From contig OZ242296.1 of assembly GCA_965207735.1 (NCBI GenBank), positions 128,001 to 192,000 of the forward strand: a stretch of 64,000 nt of DNA. The letters run 5' to 3'. The notes under the pieces were generated by a model. The model was not told the origin of the DNA. It made no database searches and was given only the letters and a program-made list of their open reading frames with translations. The DNA is from Candidatus Versatilivorator sp. (GTDB taxonomy: Bacteria > Acidobacteriota > Terriglobia > Versatilivoradales > Versatilivoraceae). The stretch's first letter is position 1. Every line of letters starts with the position of its first letter. The translations under genes were made by a program, and so were the position numbers. Positions 38,986 through 48,350 of the stretch are shown piece after piece.

Positions 38986-40257
38986 ATGCCCGACAGCCTG
39001 AAAGTCACCCGCCAGAAGCGAAGCGGGTTTTTTACCGACTGCAGCCGGCAGGAGTTTGAGCGGCGCCTGGGACGGCTCCGGGAAGAGATGGAGCGGTTGG
39101 GAGTCGACGGACTGCTGCTGACCCAGCAGACCAACGTGCGTTATGCCACGGGATTTTATGAAGTGGGCTGGATCGTGCCCGCCTACTTCTACATGGCTTT
39201 CATTCCCAGAAGGGAGGACCTTCCTCCAGCCGTCTTCTGCCCCGAGGGATGCCAGATTCAGACAGAGGCCGCCTGGGTGGAGACAGTGATCCGATGGGAC
39301 TTCCCGGTGGGATTCTATACCGGCCGCGTCGGCGACAGCCTGGTCCAGGCGACGGCCTCCTGGTTGCGGAAGCTGGGCCTGAGCCGGGCCCATATCGCCA
39401 CAGAGCTGAGCGCCCACTTCCGCATGGGACTGTCGGTGGAATGCTTCGATCGCATTCGGGCGGCCTTGCCCGGGGTTCGCTGGGTCGATTGCGGGGACAT
39501 CATGTGGGCCGTGCGCCGTATCAAGTCTCCGGAAGAGGTGCGGCGGTTGCGGGAGGCGTGCCGCATCTCCTGCCTGGGGGTGAAGGCCGGTTTCGAGGCT
39601 ATAAGCGAGGGAGAGAGCGAACGGGACATTGCCAACATCATGTCGGCCCGGATGCACGCCGAGGGAGGCAGCCAGATCCACTTTCTGGCTCTCTACGCGG
39701 GGCCCGACAGGGCTCTGTGGGCCGATTCGACCCCTCGGCGGGAGATGGTCCTGGCTCGGGGAAGCCTGCTTCAGTTTGACGGTGGCTGCACCTACGACGG
39801 CTACTTCGCCGATTTCAAAAGGTTTGCCTGTCTGGGAGAGCCGACCGCCGATCAGCGCCACGGCTTTGAGATCGCCAAGGCCAGCGAACAGGCGGCCATC
39901 GAGGCAGTCAAGCCGGGCGCCATGTTGGGGGAAGTCTATGAGGCTTCCCAACAGGTTATTCGGGATGCGGGCTATCCCGACTTCGTGGACTGGTGCCAGT
40001 CCATGGGCTGGTCCGGCATCGGTCACAGTCTGGGACTCGACATCCATGAGATGCCGGGGATTTCCATCGGTAGCCGGACCCGGATCGAACCCAACATGGT
40101 GCTGTGCATTGAGCCCTTCTTCTATCACCAAGGCGGGTATCCCCTCTGGGAGGTGAGCAACAAGTACGGGCTGGAGGACGTGGTGCTGGTGACGGAAACC
40201 GGCCGTGAGGTCCTGACCCCGGAGTCGATCGTCAGCCGGGACATCTGGGTGGCCTGA
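38986..40257 (+). CDS. Xaa-Pro peptidase / M24 family
   Basis: 'IKSPEE', 'DGG...YFAD', 'GHSLGLDIHE', 'CIEP', 'EDVVLVT'. Confidence 0.9.
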   Translation: MPDSLKVTRQKRSGFFTDCSRQEFERRLGRLREEMERLGVDGLLLTQQTNVRYATGFYEVGWIVPAYFYMAFIPRREDLPPAVFCPEGCQIQTEAAWVETVIRWDFPVGFYTGRVGDSLVQATASWLRKLGLSRAHIATELSAHFRMGLSVECFDRIRAALPGVRWVDCGDIMWAVRRIKSPEEVRRLREACRISCLGVKAGFEAISEGESERDIANIMSARMHAEGGSQIHFLALYAGPDRALWADSTPRREMVLARGSLLQFDGGCTYDGYFADFKRFACLGEPTADQRHGFEIAKASEQAAIEAVKPGAMLGEVYEASQQVIRDAGYPDFVDWCQSMGWSGIGHSLGLDIHEMPGISIGSRTRIEPNMVLCIEPFFYHQGGYPLWEVSNKYGLEDVVLVTETGREVLTPESIVSRDIWVA

Positions 40258-40287
40258 GAGCTGCGCGCGGGGCGACGCAAGTGATTA

Positions 40288-40495
40288 GTGACCGGCCAGC
40301 CCCCGCCCTGCCGTGCGGATCATACGAGGGTAAAACAAGGAATCTTCATATCCTGCCGGGAATAAGGGCCATATCGTGCTAAACCGGTTTTCGACCAATT
40401 GAACATGGATGCACAGGATAGACAGGATAAACAGCCAGCCGTTTTCGTTTTGGAAATGAAGACGAACCATAAAAAGCACAAAGGTCACAAAACGA
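40288..40495. repeat. Cluster of repeat fragments
   Basis: cccccgccctgccgtgcggatcatacgag (reverse of the 35.7-kb unit), aacatggatgcacaggatagacaggat, accataaaaagcacaaaggtcacaaaa. Confidence 0.7.
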
Positions 40496-40700
40496 ATTTC
40501 TTGATTTCGAGTCTTTACGATCCGAAGTTGATCCCCATGGCGCCGTGTTGACCGGATGTAGGCAGATAGCGTGGAACTCGTGCGACATGTTCGGGAGTCA
40601 ACACCTTGCAAGACAAGGGGTGTCTTGTACCAGCGCTGCTTAGGGCGTACAATCGGTGCCACTTGCAACCACGATCAGGCTGTCGGAGGGAGATTGAACC

Positions 40701-41672
40701 ATGCGAATCGTTCTCATAGCCATCACCGCGATCTGCCTTTGCGTGGCCTGGAACTGCGCCTCTGATCCGCCGCTGCCTTCCGAGACCGACACCCTCAAGC
40801 TGATTACGGAGGGGGTGTGGTTCCGGATGGGCGAGCGAGAGCATGGGCACTGCAACAACGTGGTCATTGATGTCGGGGAAGGCCTGCTTGTGGTGGATGC
40901 GAACTTCCCAAGCGGCGCCCAGGCGCTCATGGAGGACATCAAGCAGGTCACCACCAAGCCGGTCAGCTACGTGTTCGACACCCACCATCACGGGGACCAT
41001 GCCTATGCCAACGCGGTCTGGACCCGGGCCGGCGCCACCACGCTCGCACATGTCGGGGTGGCCGAGGAGATGAAGCGCTATGAGCCCGCCCGCTGGCAGC
41101 AAGCGGCGCAGAGCCGTGAGGATGTGGCCGCGGTGGGCGAGGATACGGTGCAACTTCCGCAAAAGACATTCAGCCAGGTTCCGCACGTTCTGGAAGGGGC
41201 GAGCCGGCGGGTGGAGTTCCATCACTTCGGGTGGGCCCACACGCGAGGGGACGGCATGGTCTATCTGCCGTCAGAGAAGATCCTATGCACGGGCGACGCG
41301 ATCGTGAACGGGCCCTTCAACTACACGGGCGACGGCAACACGGGCAACTGGCCCGATGTGGTCGGAAAGGCCCTGGAGCTGGGCTTCGAAACCATCCTTC
41401 CGGGTCACGGCTCCTCGGGAGGGCGAGAGGTTGCCGAAGGGCAGCGGCAGTTCATGCAGGAAATCAACGCTGCCGTCGAGAAGGCCTTCGAGGACAAGAC
41501 GCCGTTGGAAGACCTGGTGACGCTGGAGGACGGAGCCGGGGTTGCGACGACCGTGAAGTTGTCGGACGAGGTCGGTAACTGGGTCGGCAAGCGGTTTGCG
41601 GAACAGGTGCGAGTGCGGTACGCGGAGCTCGCCGAGGGCAAGCCGCACGGAGAAATCCTGGGCGGACCATGA
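40701..41672 (+). CDS. Secreted MBL-fold metallo-hydrolase (cyclase-like)
   Basis: Signal peptide, 'THHHGDH', 'HTRGD', 'GD', 'PGHG'. Confidence 0.9.
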   Translation: MRIVLIAITAICLCVAWNCASDPPLPSETDTLKLITEGVWFRMGEREHGHCNNVVIDVGEGLLVVDANFPSGAQALMEDIKQVTTKPVSYVFDTHHHGDHAYANAVWTRAGATTLAHVGVAEEMKRYEPARWQQAAQSREDVAAVGEDTVQLPQKTFSQVPHVLEGASRRVEFHHFGWAHTRGDGMVYLPSEKILCTGDAIVNGPFNYTGDGNTGNWPDVVGKALELGFETILPGHGSSGGREVAEGQRQFMQEINAAVEKAFEDKTPLEDLVTLEDGAGVATTVKLSDEVGNWVGKRFAEQVRVRYAELAEGKPHGEILGGP

Positions 41673-43009
41673 CCTCTTCCCGGTTTCCAATGATTTCCCG
41701 CAGAAAGGTGATGGCAGGGATACCCGCGGCGCTGCTGCTCACGGGCTGTCGTCCCGGTACGCCCGAACGCCCCAAGATCGCCGCCCTGGTCACCGAATAC
41801 CGCCGCCGGGCTCACGGCCAGCACATCGTGGACCGTTTCCTGGGCGGCTACGGCTGGGGGGGGCGATTTCACCGGCCCCCCATGGATGTGGTGTCGCTCT
41901 ACGTGGACCAGGTCCGAGAGAGCGACCTCAGCCGCGACCGGGCCCGGCAATACCCCTCCATGAAGATCTATCCCACCATCGCCGAAGCCTTGACGCGGGG
42001 TGGAGACAGGCTGGCGGTGGACGGGGTTCTGCTGATCGGCGAGCACGGAAGCTACCCCCGGAACGAGAAGGGGCAGACCCTGTATCCGCGCTACGAGTTC
42101 TTCCGGCAGATCGTGGACGTCTTCCGGGCCAGCGGCCGCGGCGTACCGGTATTCAACGACAAGCATCTTTCCTGGAAATGGAAATGGGCCGAGGAGATGG
42201 TGGAAACGGCCAGGGAGCTGGACTTTGCCTTGATGGCCGGCTCCAGCATTCCGGTGGCCTGGCGCCTTCCTCCGTTGGAGATTCCCTCGGACGCCGAGGT
42301 GGAGGAGGCCATGGTGATCGGCGCCGGCGGCGGGGCGGACAGCTACGGCTTTCACGGGTTTGAGTCGATGCAGTGCATGGTCGAGCGGCGGCGGGGCGGG
42401 GAGACCGGGGTGGCGGCGCTGCAGGCAGTGCGCGGCCCCAGGGTGTGGGAGTCGCTGAAGGCGGGATCCTGGGACGGGGGAGGCTGGGATCCGGAGCTGT
42501 TCGAGGCCTGCCTTTGCCGCAGCCTGGCCCTGACCTCGACCCGGGAGGGCTTCGACCACAGCTACCCGCTCTTGGAGGAAATACCCGGGCTGGTCAAGGA
42601 CCGGGTTACCGACTCCGGCCCTCAACTGGATCAGCCTCTGGCCTTTCGCTGCGAATATGCCGACGGGATGAAGGCCACGCTGCTCCTGTTGGAGGGACTC
42701 ACCATGGGTTGGACTTTTGCGGCCCGTCTGAAAAACCCGCAACGACTGGTTTCCACACACTTTTACCTTCCGGTGAGCGGGTTGGGCGGGGGTGCGGAAG
42801 CCAACTTCTTCAGCCCCCTGGTGAACGGCATCGAGAAGATGTTTCTGACCGGCAGGGCAACCTACCCGGTAGAGCGGACACTGCTGACCAGCGGAATGAC
42901 CGAAGCCGGAGTCGATTCCCTGTGGCGGGGCCAGCATCGAGTCGAAACGCCCCACCTGGCCCTTCGCTATCGACCCACTCCCGAACCCACCTATCGGAGA
43001 CGTTCGTGA
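41669..43009 (+). CDS. Tat-signal hypothetical protein with Gfo/Idh/MocA-like fold
   Basis: SRRK signal, 'LAVDGVLLIGEHG', 'PVFNDKHL', 'AGSSIP', 'YGFHGFE'. Confidence 0.75.
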   Translation: MTSSRFPMISRRKVMAGIPAALLLTGCRPGTPERPKIAALVTEYRRRAHGQHIVDRFLGGYGWGGRFHRPPMDVVSLYVDQVRESDLSRDRARQYPSMKIYPTIAEALTRGGDRLAVDGVLLIGEHGSYPRNEKGQTLYPRYEFFRQIVDVFRASGRGVPVFNDKHLSWKWKWAEEMVETARELDFALMAGSSIPVAWRLPPLEIPSDAEVEEAMVIGAGGGADSYGFHGFESMQCMVERRRGGETGVAALQAVRGPRVWESLKAGSWDGGGWDPELFEACLCRSLALTSTREGFDHSYPLLEEIPGLVKDRVTDSGPQLDQPLAFRCEYADGMKATLLLLEGLTMGWTFAARLKNPQRLVSTHFYLPVSGLGGGAEANFFSPLVNGIEKMFLTGRATYPVERTLLTSGMTEAGVDSLWRGQHRVETPHLALRYRPTPEPTYRRRS

Positions 43010-44238
43010 CTGGCAGGCGCACTTTCCTGAATACCGCTTCGGCTGTCCCGATGGCCGGCTTGCCCAACCGAACCCGGCCAGGAGCCAAGAGATTGGCCAT
43101 CCTGGCTTCCCGCTGGACTCCCGGCTCTCCGGCCCGTCAGGTCGCAGACCGCTTCCTGATCGGCTATCCACGGGAGGGCAGGTGGCGCCGGCCCGCCATG
43201 GATGTAGTGTCTCTCTACGTGGACCAGACTCCTGATGTGGACCAGAGCAGGGCGCGCGCCGCCGAGTTCGGCTTCAGGATCTATCCTTCGGTCGCGGAAA
43301 CGCTCCGTTGCGGCAGGGACCGGCTGGCCGTGGACGGAGTGCTGATGCTTGCCGGTCAGGGTGCAGATTCGAGCCCCCGACCCTCGGGCTCCGACTTGCT
43401 CGAGCCGATGGTCAGGGTCTTCGAGGAAGACCACCGGGCGGTCCCGGTCTATTGGGACGAACCGATGGGACTGGCTCAGGCCCGCAAGATGGTGGAAGCC
43501 TCCCGGCAACTGGGGTTCCCGGTGCTAGGCGGATCCTCCTTGCCAATGACCTGGAGGCTGCCCCCTCTGGAGTTGCCGACGGGCTGTCGGGTTGAGCAGG
43601 CCCTGATGGTGGGCATCGGCTCTAGGCGCTCCGATCGCTATCGGGCTATTGAAACCCTGCAGGCCATGGTGGAGCGTCGCAGAGGCGGCGAAACCGGTGT
43701 GCGGTCGGTGCAAGCGGTGGCGGGTGAAGCGGTGTGGCGCGCCGGCAGCAGCGGTCGTTGGTCCCGGGAACTGCTGGAAGCAGCCGTGGCCCGATCCGAC
43801 TCCCTGCAGGGAAAGACCTTGGAGGACGGACGCCCCCGGGATCTGGTCAAAAGCGGGGAATTGCCCCGGCTGGTCGAACATCCGGAAGCCTGCCTGGTGG
43901 ACTATTCCGACGGACTGAGGGCTACAGTGCTGATGCTCAACGGAGCCGTGGGGGACTTCACTTTTGCGGCCCGCCTCCTCGACGTCTCTGAGGTTGCATC
44001 GACCCATTTCCTTCTCCCCCCGGAACCTAACCGTGCCGGCTCGGTCTGCCTGGCCGCCCGGATCGAGGACCTGATTCAATCCGGGCGAAGTCCGATTCGT
44101 CCGGAACGGGCCTGGATCGCCGCCGGCATCCTGGATCGTTGGATGAAATCCCAAAAAAAGGGAGGCCTCACTCTGGAGACTCCGGAACTGACGCTGGAGT
44201 ACCGGCCCTTCGCCGAATCCTCTTTTTGTGGATCCTGA
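43006..44238 (+). CDS. Paralog of the preceding protein
   Basis: GTG overlaps upstream stop; GRRTFL; shared 'MDVVSLYVDQ', 'LAVDGVL', 'MVERRRGGETGV'. Confidence 0.75.
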   Translation: MTGRRTFLNTASAVPMAGLPNRTRPGAKRLAILASRWTPGSPARQVADRFLIGYPREGRWRRPAMDVVSLYVDQTPDVDQSRARAAEFGFRIYPSVAETLRCGRDRLAVDGVLMLAGQGADSSPRPSGSDLLEPMVRVFEEDHRAVPVYWDEPMGLAQARKMVEASRQLGFPVLGGSSLPMTWRLPPLELPTGCRVEQALMVGIGSRRSDRYRAIETLQAMVERRRGGETGVRSVQAVAGEAVWRAGSSGRWSRELLEAAVARSDSLQGKTLEDGRPRDLVKSGELPRLVEHPEACLVDYSDGLRATVLMLNGAVGDFTFAARLLDVSEVASTHFLLPPEPNRAGSVCLAARIEDLIQSGRSPIRPERAWIAAGILDRWMKSQKKGGLTLETPELTLEYRPFAESSFCGS

Positions 44239-44240
44239 TC

Positions 44241-44837
44241 GTGTTGACCAAGCAGGAATTGTTACAACCCCTGGCGTCGCTGAGGACGGACGAGGTGGTG
44301 GTGACCACCATGGGCGTGGTGCGGCCCTGGTCCAAGGTCTCGGACAGCCCGTTGGACTTCGCCTCGGCAGACAGCGCCATGGGCCACGTTGCCGATCTGG
44401 CTCTGGGCATTGCCCTGGCCCAGCCCCAGCGCAGGGTCATCTGCCTGAACGGTGACGGCAGCCTCTTGATGACTCTGGGCTCCCTGGCCACGGTAGTGGA
44501 AGCCGGAGCCCGCAACCTGATTCTCTTCACGGTTGAGAACCGGACTTATGAAATCACCGGAAATCAAGCCATTGCGGGCGCCGGCCGGGTGGACTTTGCC
44601 GGATTGGCCCGGGCGGCGGGTTTTGACAGGGCCTACGCTTTCGACGATCCGGAGCTCTATGCCCGGACCCTTCCCACGATTCTGCGGGAACCCGGTCCGG
44701 TGTTTGTGGCCGCGCGGGTCGAACCCGGATCCGAGGGTCCGCTTATCCGAAGCCGAAAGGGAGAGCCGGTGGCATACCTGCAACCGTCTCTGGCCGAGTC
44801 GGCCCACCGATTGAGGAAAGCGCTGATTTATTGTTAG
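44241..44837 (+). CDS. Sulfopyruvate/phosphonopyruvate decarboxylase beta-subunit-like (ThDP PP domain)
   Basis: 'SAMGH..LALGIALAQP', 'NGDGSLLMTLGSL', 'ENRTYEITGNQ'. Confidence 0.82.
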   Translation: MLTKQELLQPLASLRTDEVVVTTMGVVRPWSKVSDSPLDFASADSAMGHVADLALGIALAQPQRRVICLNGDGSLLMTLGSLATVVEAGARNLILFTVENRTYEITGNQAIAGAGRVDFAGLARAAGFDRAYAFDDPELYARTLPTILREPGPVFVAARVEPGSEGPLIRSRKGEPVAYLQPSLAESAHRLRKALIYC

Positions 44838-45151
44838 CGACTTGACGGGCATCTCTGTTATTCTGATCGCTGGCGAAGGTTGGTTCTTTAATGGCCCGGC
44901 AACCTGTTTCGCCGGGCAGTGCTCCGGCAGTCATCCGGGGACAGTATCGCTGCCGGTTTCGACGGCATTACCGGAATACACGATATTTAATTTAAATTCG
45001 CTGACAATTCGCAGTGGGAATTTCCGGCTCGTGGATCGCTCAGGGAGCCTTCCTTCGGGAAGCCACGGACACCTGGGAAGCCCTCCGGGGACAGGAGGGT
45101 CTGATGCCATGGTGAGGGGCACGGCCGGTTGCAGGCTTTGAAAGGAGAATC

Positions 45152-47146
45152 ATGAGAGAAGTGACCTTGGGAATAGGAGGGGCCGCCGGCGACGGGTTGG
45201 ACAAGACCGGCGACACTTTTGCCAAGACCGCCTCCCGTCTGGGGCTGTATCTGTATGCCTACAACAGTTACCAGTCCATCATCCGCGGGGGCCACATCTG
45301 GTTGCGCGTGAGGATGGGCGAAGAGAAGGTCTACTCTCACGGAGATCACCTGAATCTGCTGATCGCGCTCAATCAGGACACCCTGGAGAGGCATGCCCGC
45401 GAAGTGGAGCCCGGCGGGGCTGTCCTGTTCAATTCCGACAAGTTGACCCTCGATTCCTCGCTTTTCGAAAGCCAGGTTCTGCCGGTGCCGATGCCCGTGC
45501 GGGAGTTGCTGAAGCCGTTGGGAAAAACGCTTCCCGTCATGCAGAACACGGTATCTCTGGGCGCGGCCATCTTCCTGCTGGGACTGGATTTCGAGATGAT
45601 GGCCGAAGTCCTGGCCGACACCTTCCAGCACAAGGGCCAGGAGGTGGTCAACCAGAACATCCAGGTAGCCAAGGCGGGTTACAACTACGCCAAGGAAAAA
45701 TTCGTGCCCCTGGGGTATGAATGGAACTTCAGCCGCACGCGGAGACCCTTCATTACCGGAAACGAAGCCATGGCCCTGGGTGCGGTTGCTGCCGGCTGCA
45801 AATTCTATTCCGCCTACCCCATGACGCCCGCCTCCACCATTCTGCACTGGATGGTCGCTCATGCCGACCGTTGCGGGATCGTGGTCAAGCAGTGCGAGGA
45901 TGAAATTGCGGTCGCCAACATGGCTGTCGGCGCCGGCCTGGCAGGGGCTCGCTCCATGTGCGCCACCTCGGGCGGCGGGTTTGCCCTGATGACCGAAGCC
46001 ATCGGTCAGGCCGGCATGATCGAAGCGCCGGTCGTGTTCATTACGGTCCAGCGCGGCGGTCCTTCGACGGGGATCCCCACCAAGACCGAGCAGGCCGATC
46101 TGAACCAGGCCCTGGGAGCTTCCCAAGGCGATTTCCCCCGCATCATCATGGCTCCGGCCGACGTGACCGAAGCCTACTATACCGCCGCCGAAGCCCTGAA
46201 CCTGGCCGACAAGTACCAACTCCCGGTAATCATTCTCTCCGACCTGCTGCTTTCGGAACATCCCGAGACCATCGAGAGGGATGCGCTCAAGCCCGATCTG
46301 GTGATCGATCGGGGCCAGTTGGTGACCGAGTGGCCGGAAGACAACGGAACCTACAAGCGCTACGCTTTCACCGAGTCGGGAGTATCCCCCCGAGCCCTGC
46401 CCGGGACCAAGAACACCGTCTACGTCTCCCCCACGGATGACCACGACGAGGAAGGGATTCTGATCAGCGACGAGTACACCAGTCCGCCGGTGCGCCGCAA
46501 AGTGCAGGAAAAGCGCATGAAGAAGCTGGAAGGAGCCCTGAAGGAACTGCCGCCTCCTCAAATCGAGGGTCCGGAGGATGCGGACGTCACCCTGGTGGGC
46601 TGGGGGTCCTGCAGGGGCGTGATTCGGGAGGCCGCCGAGATCCTGAGATCTGATGGCGTTGCCGCCAATCAGCTCCATTTCAAGTATCTGCTGCCGTTTC
46701 ACGTCAAGGAGGCCCTGGAGATCCTGAATGGATGCAAGAGGACCATAGGCGTGGAGGTGAATTACACCGGACAGTTTGCCCGGCATTTGAGGTCCGAGAC
46801 CGGTTTCTCCCTGGATGACATGGTCCTGAAGTATGACGGGGAGCCTTTCGAGCCCGCCTTCATCGCGAATCGGGTCAAGGAGATCGTAGGAGGCGAGCCG
46901 CTGTCGCTGGAGGTCACTCGGGAGGAAGCACAGGAGATCGCCTACCACTACATTCGAACCCATTTGGGCAACTCGGTGCGGCCGGCCTCCATTGAGGTGG
47001 GGAATGGCGTGCCGGCGGAAGAGCCCACCTGGTGCATTGAGCTGGTGAGCCGGAAGGGCGGCGAAAAGACCGGAGACCTGTTCGTCGGGCAGCGAACCGG
47101 ATCCACCTATGCCTGGAAGCCGGTCTCGACCGTATCGCAGGATTGA
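45152..47146 (+). CDS. korA: 2-oxoacid:ferredoxin oxidoreductase alpha subunit (gamma fused)
   Basis: 'GGAAGDG', 'YPMTP', 'EDEIA', 'ATSGGGFALM', 'RGGPSTGIPT'; substrate not determinable. Confidence 0.9.
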   Translation: MREVTLGIGGAAGDGLDKTGDTFAKTASRLGLYLYAYNSYQSIIRGGHIWLRVRMGEEKVYSHGDHLNLLIALNQDTLERHAREVEPGGAVLFNSDKLTLDSSLFESQVLPVPMPVRELLKPLGKTLPVMQNTVSLGAAIFLLGLDFEMMAEVLADTFQHKGQEVVNQNIQVAKAGYNYAKEKFVPLGYEWNFSRTRRPFITGNEAMALGAVAAGCKFYSAYPMTPASTILHWMVAHADRCGIVVKQCEDEIAVANMAVGAGLAGARSMCATSGGGFALMTEAIGQAGMIEAPVVFITVQRGGPSTGIPTKTEQADLNQALGASQGDFPRIIMAPADVTEAYYTAAEALNLADKYQLPVIILSDLLLSEHPETIERDALKPDLVIDRGQLVTEWPEDNGTYKRYAFTESGVSPRALPGTKNTVYVSPTDDHDEEGILISDEYTSPPVRRKVQEKRMKKLEGALKELPPPQIEGPEDADVTLVGWGSCRGVIREAAEILRSDGVAANQLHFKYLLPFHVKEALEILNGCKRTIGVEVNYTGQFARHLRSETGFSLDDMVLKYDGEPFEPAFIANRVKEIVGGEPLSLEVTREEAQEIAYHYIRTHLGNSVRPASIEVGNGVPAEEPTWCIELVSRKGGEKTGDLFVGQRTGSTYAWKPVSTVSQD

Positions 47147-47268
47147 GAGGGACAACCGAGGGAAGTCGGCCCGACAGCCGACGGATCGATCAGGTTTGCT
47201 AACGCATTGGATTTGATTGGCCGCGCCGGCCGAAAGGGCGCGGGAGGAACGGAGAGGCTTAAAACCCT

Positions 47269-48150
47269 ATGGAAATGACGATTTCTTTACCCATCAGCAC
47301 CTATGAAAGCATCATCGATCCGGACTGGTGTCCGGGCTGCGGCGATTTCGGTGTTCTCAGGGGCGTCAAGATGGCGGCCGGAAAACTGGGCATCAAGCCC
47401 GAGGAACTGTTCACGGTCTCCGGGATCGGCTGCTCGTCCAACCTGCCGGGCTACATCCATGCCTATGGTGTCCACAGCCTGCATGGCCGGGCCGTGGCCG
47501 TGGCTTCCGGGATCAAGTTCGCCAACCAGGACATGAACGTGGTGATCACCGGCGGGGATGGCGACGGTTACGGCATCGGTCTGGGCCACTTCGTGCACGC
47601 CATGCGCCGCAACCTGGACCTCACCTACATCGTCATGAACAATCAGATCTACGGATTGACGACCGGCCAGGCCTCCCCCACCACCATGAAGGAGGTACGG
47701 ACCAAGTCCACTCCCCGGGGCAACGTTGAAATGCCGCTCAATCCCATCGCGCTGGCCATTGTCTCCGGCGCAACCTACGTTTCCCGGGCCTTTTCGGGCG
47801 AGCCCAGGCACATGGCCGATGTCATCGCCGGCGGCATCGCCCACAAGGGATTTGCCCTGGTGGATGTCTTCAGCCCCTGCGTGACCTACAACAAGATCAA
47901 CACCTACCCCTGGTTCAAGAAGCGGGTCTACAAGCTGGAGGATGACCCGGACTACGATGCCACCGACCATCGAGGCGCCTTGAATCGGGCCTTCGAGTGG
48001 GGGGATCGCATTCCCCTGGGCCTCTTCTACCGGGAAGAGCAGCCGACCTACGAGGAGAGCGAACCTGCCTTGAAGGAAGGCCCCCTGGTGCACCAGAAGC
48101 TGGGTCTGGAAAAGGATCTCTTTGACGACCTGATGGAGGAATTTGTCTAG
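47269..48150 (+). CDS. korB: 2-oxoacid:ferredoxin oxidoreductase beta subunit
   Basis: 'WCPGCGD', 'SGIGCSS', 'GGDGD', 'YGLTTGQASPT', 'SPCVTY'. Confidence 0.92.
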   Translation: MEMTISLPISTYESIIDPDWCPGCGDFGVLRGVKMAAGKLGIKPEELFTVSGIGCSSNLPGYIHAYGVHSLHGRAVAVASGIKFANQDMNVVITGGDGDGYGIGLGHFVHAMRRNLDLTYIVMNNQIYGLTTGQASPTTMKEVRTKSTPRGNVEMPLNPIALAIVSGATYVSRAFSGEPRHMADVIAGGIAHKGFALVDVFSPCVTYNKINTYPWFKKRVYKLEDDPDYDATDHRGALNRAFEWGDRIPLGLFYREEQPTYEESEPALKEGPLVHQKLGLEKDLFDDLMEEFV

Positions 48151-48350
48151 GTTTTGGCCAAGACTCGGCCCCGGCGAGTCTTCCGGGACGAGTCCTTGCA
48201 GCAGGACCGTAGGAACATGCCACTGTCCCCGGGCTCACGCCTGGGGGATACGCGGCCGACCTGAGTCAGCCGCATCCTTCCGGAACACACGACCTCTCCA
48301 GAAAAACGCCTAATAAGTCCCCGGGCTTGTGCCCGGGAGACGTCCATGTG

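Noticed and set aside
45040-45140. Cobalamin-riboswitch-like words (gccac...ctgggaag) upstream of korA
   Set aside because: Other conserved elements not found; needs an Infernal search
44987-47155. Long antisense ORFs (722 aa here; also 38230-40131, 20165-21880, 12977-14371, 55960-57321)
   Set aside because: Shadow frames of high-GC genes with clear products on the other strand
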